64,000 nt of DNA, from positions 41,850,001-41,914,000 of the forward strand of contig NC_043014.1 of NCBI RefSeq assembly GCF_006345805.1, given 5' to 3'. This DNA comes from Octopus sinensis (lineage: Eukaryota). Positions within the stretch are counted from its first letter, which is position 1, and every line of letters begins with the position of its first letter. A program made the translations under genes and the position numbers. Positions 55,000 through 64,000 of the stretch are shown piece after piece. Below the pieces are notes generated by a model. That model worked only from the letters and a program-made list of their open reading frames with translations, did not search any database and was not told the DNA's origin.

Positions 55000-55035
<36 letters not shown>

Positions 55036-55059
55036 TGATAGATAGATTGATAGATAGAT

Positions 55060-55127
<68 letters not shown>

Positions 55128-55615
55128 GCAGAACGAAGGAAACAGTGAGGAAGAGAGAGAGCGAGAGACAGACAGACAGCGATATAGAGAGAGAGGGTTG
55201 GGAAACTAGTCAGGGACGACAGCTGCGGGAAAACTTCATAGTAAAGTGAATGCTTGCGTACATAGGAAGCTCGAAATGTTTTTATTCATTAAATTACATT
55301 GTTAGTAAAGATGAATTTCATTTCCAAATTAAATTTTTTAGTCTCGCGTGCGCATTTATGAATTTGCATGCATATGTACAGATATATAGGCATTCAGATT
55401 CCGTACACCCCTACACACTACATACTTACATGATATAGCGTATGTATGTATGTATGTATGTATGTATGTATGTATGTATGTATGTATGTATGTATGTATA
55501 TTTATATCTGTATCTGTGTATGTATGTAGATATATACATATTCACACATATTAGACATATATAGATTTACACACACACACCACACACATCTGCTGCTTTA
55601 AATAAAGTATATATA

Positions 55616-55656
<41 letters not shown>

Positions 55657-55742
55657 AATATATATTTATGAATACATGTATATTGTGTATATATGCATTA
55701 TATAAACATTATACATACATACATATATATATATAGATATAA

Positions 55743-55777
<35 letters not shown>

Positions 55778-56126
55778 TAAATATATATGGGCGTGTATAT
55801 GCGCGTGTGTGTGTGTGTTGTGTGTGTGTGTGTGTGTGTGTGTGTATCCTACATAATCACTACACAAAAACAAACATTGATACACAAGCAATAATTTTAA
55901 TTGAAAATCAAAAAGAAAAAAAAAAAATATTGTCGTTAAGTAGTGTTTACTTCCTGACTACTAAATACAAGATTAACAATCCGTCACTATGCTTGTGTAA
56001 TCCAAAGTGTTTCTCAGATTGCAAAAGAAATCCACCAAGTGCAACTTTGGCCATTCCGTATCCACTTTTGTCTGACAGCGTTTTGCCTATTGCTCACTGT
56101 ATTTGTTCAGGCAGTTGACAAACAAT

Positions 56127-56546
56127 ACTCTTTTTACTCTTTTTACTCTTTTACTTGTTTCAGTCATTTGACTGCGGCCATGCTGGAGCACCGCCTTTAG
56201 TCGAGCAAATCGACCCCGGGACTTATTCTTTTTTGTAAGCCCAGTACTTATTCTATCGGTCTCTTTTGCCGAACCGCTAAGTGACGGGGACGTAAACACA
56301 CCAGCATCGGTTGTCAAGCAATGCTAGGGGGACAAACACAGACACACAAACGCACACATACACATATATATATACATATATACAACAGGCTACTTTCAGT
56401 TTCCGTCTACCAAATCCACTCACAAGGCATTGGTCGGCTCGGGGCTATAGCAGAAGACACTTGCCCAAGGTGCCGCGCAGTGGGACTGAACCCGGAACCA
56501 TGTGGTTGGTTAGCAAGCTACTTACCACACAGCCACTCCTGCGCCT
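56127..56546 (-). mobile_element. SINE family A, young full-length copy
   Basis: Full consensus-like copy. Confidence 0.93.
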
Positions 56547-56901
56547 TAATTATTGTCGTATTAAATGTCGTATTAATTATTAGTCTCTTATATTCGTTCC
56601 GAACTATCCCAACCAAAACTATACGTTTGCACTGTTTCAAGATTTCTTCCGTTTAAAAGAAGCATGCTAGGTTCCAAAGGACCATTGGATGTTTTTAATG
56701 CTATTGGTGTTGTTGTTGCTGCTGAAGTTATTGGGCTGCCGGTATAGCTATCATATTTATTGCTCACAAATATAACAGTACTGATATTTATAATTTCCTT
56801 GCTTGCACTCATTCATTTTGAAATCATATTTCTTCATATCTTCCATGGGGTAGCTCTAGCATGACCGCAGCCGCATGGCTGAAAAGAATAAAAAGAATAC
56901 C

Positions 56902-57024
56902 TCAAGACTATTGAAAAGGTTGCAAGACGCAACGGAAATTTTAAGAAAATAAAAATAAGAAATGTGGAAATTTTACCGGTGAGTGTGTTAAATTATAAGG
57001 CACAAAAAGAAAATGACTCTCCCC
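56902..57024 (+). mobile_element. 3'-truncated copy of the 32739 hammerhead element
   Basis: CTA TTGAAAA G GTTGC-aagac-GCAAC GGAAATTTTAA plus the shared body. Confidence 0.85.
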
Positions 57025-57373
57025 GGTCCTATAAGCCGTAAAAATTAATACAGAGAGTTGCTTATTTGTAAAAAAAACAATATAACATGTGACGTCATTG
57101 ACTGAGGTTACCGTGGTCTTTTCCGTAGGCTTTTCTTTCCACGGGTAAACCTCACCTGTCCTCCCCTTTACACTTTCTATTGACATTTCTCTGATAACGA
57201 TCCCTATTGAGCGATTTTTTTTCCTTTCCTTTTTTTTATCTCTCCCCCTTTTTGTCCTCTTTCTTCCTTTTACGATCCCTTTTGATCGAAAACCAAACTC
57301 CTTTTTATCCCCTAAAGAAAAGCTCTACTTGTAATTTGTCTGTCTGTGTGCAGCCCTGTGTGGCTATAAAGAA

Positions 57374-57412
<39 letters not shown>

Positions 57413-57423
57413 GCTATCTATCT

Positions 57424-57464
<41 letters not shown>

Positions 57465-57578
57465 GCGTTGTGTGTTTGTGTGTGTTTGTCCAAAAAATGT
57501 TGTAAACCCACTTTAAATAATTGTAAAGTAGGTGTTTATTAAAATACCTTTCATTTTCAAAATTTAATAGAATATATA

Positions 57579-57990
57579 GGCGCAGGAGTGGCTGTTTGGT
57601 AAGTAGCTTGCTAACCAACCACATGGTTCCGGGTTCAGTCCCACTGCGTGGCATCTTGGGCAAGTGTCTTCTGCTATAGCCCAGGGCGACCAATGCCTTG
57701 TGAGTGGATTTGGTAGACGGAAACTGAAAGAAGCCTTTCTTATATATGTATATATAATATAAGTGTGTGTGAATATTTTGTGTGTCTGTGTTTGTTCTCC
57801 TAGCATTGCTTGACAACCGATGTGGTGGTTTACGTCCCCGTCACTTAGCGTTCGGCAAAAGAGAGCGATAGAATAAGTACTGGGCTTACAAAAAAAGAAT
57901 AAGTCCCGGGGTCGATTTGCTCGACTAAAGGCGGTGCTCCAGCATGGCCGCAGTCAAATGACTGAAACAAGTAAAAGAGAGTAAAGAGTA
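57579..57990 (+). mobile_element. SINE family A
   Basis: Full-length copy. Confidence 0.93.
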
Positions 57991-57999
57991 ATACAGACA

Positions 58000-59171
58000 T
58001 TATTTTATTGTTTTGTCGACGCCTGTTTTCAAACTGACGTCCGTTCTGGTCACGGCACTGCTGACAACGCGAAGTAAACATCAAGAAACAATTCATTTGG
58101 TATTTGTGTGCATTCTCGTTCGATGGCTGCTCTCAAATCAGTGACTGCTGCAGGTCTCATAGCATAGACTTTGTCCTTTTAACTATCTCCATATAAAAAA
58201 AGTGAACGTGGAGGGTATTCAACGAAACCCCTTCGTCCAATCCACTTGTTTGGCAGGATCATCAAGAAAGGATCTAACATCGCGAATTGTGGTGTGGGGG
58301 TGCCCCGACTTGCTGAAAATAAAACTCCTCGTCTTCAAAGTCATCTCTAATGCTTGGCATGGTAGACTGTTGCAGCAAGTTCAAGTACACGGGACCAGTC
58401 ACAGTAGCATAAAAAAAGAATGGTTCAATTAATCCGCTTGATAATAAGCCACACTACACTGTAATTCCTGGTAAATTAACATGGTGTTCCACCATAACAT
58501 GCGGATTCTCAGGTCCCCCAGTTGTTGCAACTGTGGCGGTTAATTGAACCATTTATTTTGAATGTGGCCTCATCACTCCACACAATCTTTGTTGGAAAGT
58601 GTGCACCTTCTACACATCGTGCCAAGTGCCACTTGCAATACTGCACTCTTCGATCTGGATCATCGTCATTAAAAGCAAGGACTAATCTTAGAACGTATCT
58701 CTTCCATTGACAACGCTTCAAAATGCGTTGGAGAGACAAGTTTCGAATACCTGCCTCACAACTCTCTTTCTTTCTTTATTATCCCTCACAACTCTCTTGC
58801 CGCACAGATTTTCTTGGATTTGGTCATACATTTCCAGCACTCCTTCTTGCTTTGTAGGGGTTGTTGATGTTCGTGGTGTTCCGGAAACGCTTCTCGTGGA
58901 CATTCTGAACAGTTCCATCGGCTTCAAGCTTATCTCTACTTCGAGTGATGGTGAATCGCGTTGGTGGATCTTAATGAAGCTCCCTCCTAAACTGTCTTTG
59001 CACTTCAACTGCGATTTCACACTTCCAGTAGCATTTTATGATGAATTTTCCTTGTTCAAATCTTAGTCAGACTGCCATCATTAACTCCAATGTGTTTAAT
59101 CTGGAAAGAAAAAAACATCAATTGAGTTATCAGCTGCTAAAATGTGAATAGATTTTGGGGGGAACATCCTG
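58000..59171 (-). mobile_element. Decayed Tc1/mariner transposon, rosa/DD41D-like
   Basis: [41 protein letters not shown]…DLRAAIERE, RCQQCRDQNGRQFE; 5' TIR TA|CAGGATGTTCC at 59171; frameshifts and deletions. Confidence 0.85.
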
Positions 59172-59809
59172 TATATACAGGATTATTAAAAAAGAATGGA
59201 TAGAAAAATAAGTATGTGTGTATATGCCTATTTCTGGACTTCTTGTATCCACGAAAATATTGCTTAAATAGCCATGAAATTTTTGCAGTGTAATATAACT
59301 GGTTATACTACTTTTCAATATTTGTGTCCGTTTAAGCAATATTTTCGTGAATGATTACTTGGTCGTATGTGGTGCTGAAGAAGGAGTAAAACACCAGAAA
59401 TATCCATATACATCAATTACGTATTTTGCTTTGATCGCATTGTTTACAAAGATGTATTCGAAACGCCGTAACTTTCGGTGCTGGCTCTAATTATTTCTAT
59501 TAAAAAATCTGTAAATGTAGCTTTAAATATTGAATATAATTCTTGGTGCAAAATGTCCGAGGAATAGTCAGAACCATTTGGCTGCAAGGCCTTCAGTTAT
59601 AGATCTATTCGGTCAGGGTTGAGCAGCCAACAACATCAACCACACTGACAATGACAATAACAACAACAGCAACAAAAAAAAAAACAGCCATGTTCCTTTT
59701 GTAAGTCACTCATTATATCGCATGTAACGCTTTCAGAGTTCTGCAGTTCTTCTGCTTCTTTACTCTTCTTAACCTCTTGTACCTTCGCATCTCACTCATG
59801 CTATATATA

Positions 59810-59870
<61 letters not shown>

Positions 59871-59874
<4 letters not shown>

Positions 59875-60220
59875 TAAATTAGAGACAAAACCACTATTAG
59901 GCAAATCAAACAATGAAAGACTTAAGCCAATACATAAATTAATTTATATTATTTAAATATGTAACAATTATTAAAAAATATAATTAATATCCACTACGAT
60001 CGTTTCCTGTCTTGGTTGTATGTGGTGCTGAAGAAGGAGTAAAACACCTGAAATATCCATATACATCAATTACCTATTTTGCTTTGATCACATTGATTTG
60101 CCTAATAGTGGTTTTGTCTCTAATTTAATATAATATAATATTTTACTATAAAATTGGATTCAATCCTAAATCTGATTTTTCCCTGTAAGTTTGGATTTAT
60201 TCCCTAATATTTATTATTAT
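59871..60220. mobile_element. Fold-back element with 39-bp inverted arms and a hammerhead-like motif
   Basis: Arms at 59871-59909 and 60093-60131; GTG CTGAAGA AGGAGT-aaa-ACACCT GAA ATAT C CAT at 60025-60060; related short copy at 6757-6835. Confidence 0.7.
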
Positions 60221-60235
60221 ATATATATATATATA

Positions 60236-60632
60236 GGCGTAGGAGTAGCTTATTTACCAACCAAATGGTTCCGGGTTCAGTCCCACTGCGTGGCACCTTG
60301 GGCAAGTGTCTTCTACTATAGCCTCGGATCGACCAAAGCCTTGTAAGTGGATTTGGTAGACGGAAACTGAAAGAAGCCTGACGTATGTATGTATATATAT
60401 ATATATGTATGTGTGCGTGTGTGCGTGTGTGTGTGTGTTTGTGCGTCTGACAACCGATGCTGGTGTGTTTACGTCCCCGTAACTTAGCAGTTCGGCAAAA
60501 GAGACCGATAGAATAAGTACTAGGCTTACAAAGAATAAATCCCGGGGTCGATTTGCTTGACTAAAGGTGGTGCTCCGGTATGGCCACAGTCAAACGACTG
60601 AAACAAATAAAAGAGTAAAAGAGTAAAAGAGT
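60236..60632 (+). mobile_element. SINE family A
   Basis: Head, body and (GTAAAAGA)n tail. Confidence 0.9.
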
Positions 60633-60894
60633 ATATATATATATATATATATCAAATAGATACACACCCTAATATATTGTAATGTTCTATTACGTTGCTC
60701 AGACAATATTTAGGTTTATTATTCGACCGCGGAATTCGTGTTGGTTATTTTAGTAACTCTGTTCATTGCCATTTTTTTTGTTTGTTTTTGTTTTCATTCA
60801 TTAACAGGGTGATCTCTTATCGTATTGCTGCTTACACTTCTCATAATTACTGATCTTCATAACGATTATAATAATAAAAGATAATAACGATGGC

Positions 60895-60940
<46 letters not shown>

Positions 60941-61248
60941 TTGATATAATGGCGGTCGTAGGAAGGAATGATGACGATGATAAACTTTGACTCCTGTGTT
61001 ATTTTCGACCTTTGTATTTTGTTTTGATTTACGGCCTGTTGCTTGTTGCAACCGAACAGCTCTTGTAAGGATTTGCGGTCGTATATACATTTATACATAC
61101 ATCTACATAAAAGCGCGCGCACACACACATACACAGGCACATGTATACTCATACGCCTAATCATATTTATATAAATAAACATAGATATCTGTAATTATTT
61201 ATATATACATATATGCATACATATGCACATATATATGCGTATATACGC

Positions 61249-61317
<69 letters not shown>

Positions 61318-61442
61318 ATATCTATATCTATCTATCTATAAATATATATAATTTTAATCCAAACGGGAAAACAAAAAAACAACAACAGGAACAATTACAG
61401 TATTATTATTAATAGGCGCTCAGGAAATATGGAAGCAGGAAG

Positions 61443-61477
61443 GTATGACGTTTCGAGCGGAGCTCTTCGTCGGAAAC
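61443..61477 (-). ncRNA. Minimal hammerhead, U4C variant
   Basis: Reverse strand GTTT CCGACGA A GAGC-tcc-GCTC GAA ACGT C ATAC; related to the 40710 motif. Confidence 0.65.
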
Positions 61478-62477
61478 ATAAAGAAGGAAGAGAGAGGAAA
61501 GAAAGATCCCAAAGTGTGGCAAACAGGAGATGGAGAAAAAAACGACTGGTGTTTACGAAGTCCACATGGTGAAAGGCGGAAATTTACGATAACAAGAGCA
61601 AATAGGTTTTTAAAGGCAAAAGAGTGGAGACAGGGTTGGTAACGCAACAGATGTGTGTGTATGTGTGAGTGTGTGCGTGTGTGGTGTGTAGTGTGTGTGT
61701 GAGGCGAGATAAAAAAACAAAAAATATATGTATGTGTTAGTGTGTGCGTCTGTGTGTAGGCGTGTGAGGTAGGGCGAACAGTAGTAGGCAACAGACAAGT
61801 GGTCAGTAGTAAGAAAATGAAGGAAGGAGGAAGGGAGGGAGGGGAAGGGGTGGGGGCGTATATATATATCTATATATATATTACTTGTTTCTGCCATTTG
61901 ACTGCGGCCATGCCGAAGCACCGCCTTTAGTACACGTTGGCATAAATCTGTGTCACGGATGGGGTAGTTAGTATGCACTGATTGCTATCGCTTGACCGTT
62001 TCTTTGCTAGGTGTCTTCCCAAATTAACAACAGGTTGGAAATTAACACTCACTATCTTAATTAACAACATCGACCCTGCACGCACGATGATAACAAGCTC
62101 ATATAACAAAACAGTATATGAAGAAAAATTCACATATAATATATAACTTGGAAACAGAACTATGAATATACCAACACACACGAGTTCAAGACATGTCTAT
62201 CCTCACGTACACCTCATGAGGAATTTCGGAAAGAACTTCGTGAGACCATTACAGGAACGCTTCCGACAGGTTACAGTAACCGTTAGAAGAATAAGAAAAC
62301 CGACTATAACTGTGACTCCGTTACTTCCTAGCGATCTCTGAAGGAGGAATTTTTATATTCCGAAGTATTAGACTATGAATAATTAAATCATTTCTAACAG
62401 TTATTATAGTCCACTCTGCATTGTTAAAGCATTCAAGACACGTTACATTTCACAAACAATACGCAATGATTCCTGTG

Positions 62478-62694
62478 AACTACAATACTCACTCATATAT
62501 ATATAACTACAATACTCACTCATATATATATAACTACAATACTCACTCATATATATATAACTACAATACTTACTCATATATATATAACTACAATACTCAC
62601 TCATATATATATAACTACAATCACTCACTCATATATATATAACTACAATACTCACTCATATATATATAACTACAATACTCACTCATATATATAT
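62478..62694 (+). repeat. 27-bp minisatellite, 8 copies
   Basis: Unit AACTACAATACTCACTCATATATATAT. Confidence 0.97.
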
Positions 62695-62792
62695 AACGGG
62701 AAGCTTTATGAAAATAAACAAAAGACGAAGGCAGGTGGAATACAAACAAACAATTGTATTAGTATGGCGCTCAGGAATATAAATAAAACAAG

Positions 62793-62830
62793 TCTTTTAC
62801 GTTTCGAGCCTACGCTCTTCAACAGAAAGA
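62793..62830 (-). ncRNA. Minimal hammerhead, A6U variant
   Basis: Reverse strand TCTTT CTGTTGA A GAGC-gtag-GCTC GAA ACGT A AAAGA; perfect stems. Confidence 0.65.
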
Positions 62831-62902
62831 TACACAGAAAAGAAACACAGAAAGAAACAAGGAGAGAAAAAAATGCGTATATATATATACTCACACACGC
62901 AC

Positions 62903-63900
62903 ACGAGGTCTGATCAATAAGAATCCGGACCGTTGCCATAGTAGCCATAGAAGCAGAGCTAAAGCGCTCAGAGTGAAGCCGCTAGTACAGATCGACCTTC
63001 AACGCTGCTGTGCATGCGCACTAGGTTTTAACGTTCTGGATTACTTCCGCTGTTTACAACAGTGCTTTGAAGGAACGTGTTTAGCGTGTGATCGTCGCAA
63101 TGTCCATGACAAAGAAAGCTGTCATGGCCATACAAGCTCAGAAGCCTACGCAAAGTTGAAGAAAGTGCATGGACGGGAGTGCACGAGCTACACACAACCG
63201 TACGCGTGGTTTAGATGCTTCCAAAACTGTCGATACTGACGAACGTTCAGGGGAAACCCGCAACAAGTAGAACTGAGAAAGAACATCACAGTTGTGCGTG
63301 CAGCTGTGAGAGGAAGCGTCGAATCACCATTCGGGAGTTATCAGAGAATGTGCAGATTAGTTAGGGTTCAGTTACTCTCTCTCTTTACTTGTTTCAGTCA
63401 TTTGACTGCGGCCATGCTGGAGCACCGCCTTTAGTCGAGCAACTCGACCCCGGGATTTATTCTTTTTTTTTGTAAGCCCAGTACTTATTCTATCGGTCTC
63501 TTTTTGCCGAACCGCTAGGTGACGGGGACGTAAACACACCAGCATCGGTTGTCAAGCAATGCTAGGAGGACAAACACAGACACACAAACAAACACACATA
63601 CATATATATATATAAATATATACGACAGGCTTCTTTCAGTTTCCGTCTACCAAATCCACTCACAAGGCTTTGGTCGGCCCGAGGCTATAGCAGAAGACAC
63701 TTGCCCAAGGTACCACGCAGTGGGATTGAACCCGGAACCATGTGGTTGGTTAGCAAGCTACTTACCACACAGCCACTCCTGCGCCTATGTTCAGTCCATT
63801 ATCCCTGAAGATTTGGCTATGAGTGCGTGCCTGCAAAGTTTGTGCCCAAACTGCTTTCAACTGACCAAAAAGACATTCGGTTTTCAGTTGTACAAGAGCG
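62903..63900 (+). mobile_element. Mariner 5' fragment (same family as 3943) interrupted by a SINE
   Basis: TIR ACGAGGTCTGATCAATAAG; SSEAYAKLKKVHGREC…WFRCF; resumes after the SINE with VQSIIPEDL…KFVPKLL. Confidence 0.85.
63374..63787 (-). mobile_element. SINE family A nested in the mariner
   Basis: Full-length copy that splits the SVQSII codons. Confidence 0.93.
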
Positions 63901-64000
63901 CCTTCTTTCTGTTTTTCTTCTCCTCCCCTTCATTTTTTTCTCTTCTTTTCTCTTCCTCACTATTCCTCTTTGACTCTCTCGTTGCTCACACGTGACCAGC

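Noticed and set aside
56588-56812. 74-aa non-repetitive ORF
   Set aside because: Short, with no recognisable domain; compatible with chance.
62478-62694. CRISPR-like periodicity
   Set aside because: The units are contiguous with no unique spacers, there are no cas genes, and the context is eukaryotic.

Overview
This is repeat-saturated, AT-rich eukaryotic DNA with one 100-N gap. It is most likely cephalopod (octopus-like), inferred only from the SINE families and microsatellite load. No host protein-coding exon is supported: the ORF track is almost all translated microsatellites and SINEs. Supported content: a tRNA pair (intact initiator tRNA-Met and a variant tRNA-Asn); many copies of two tRNA-derived SINE families plus three rarer SINEs; decayed mariner, Tc1/mariner (rosa-like), hAT, CR1/L2 and R4/Dong fragments; and two non-autonomous Helitrons. 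The main unexplained signal is about a dozen minimal type I hammerhead ribozyme motifs in several unrelated short, non-coding elements. These often sit in (TA)n tracts and often have a 5' fold-back, resembling Penelope-like element (PLE) termini or retrozymes. Best leads: a tRNA-headed Pol III SINE carrying an intact hammerhead (15834-16109); two families with the compensatory U3-A8 core; a tRNA-Asn gene that may read through into a SINE; and an ETS-CArG-CRE cluster. Coordinates were read by eye, so boundaries of decayed elements are approximate, and no ribozyme activity or database match has been tested.
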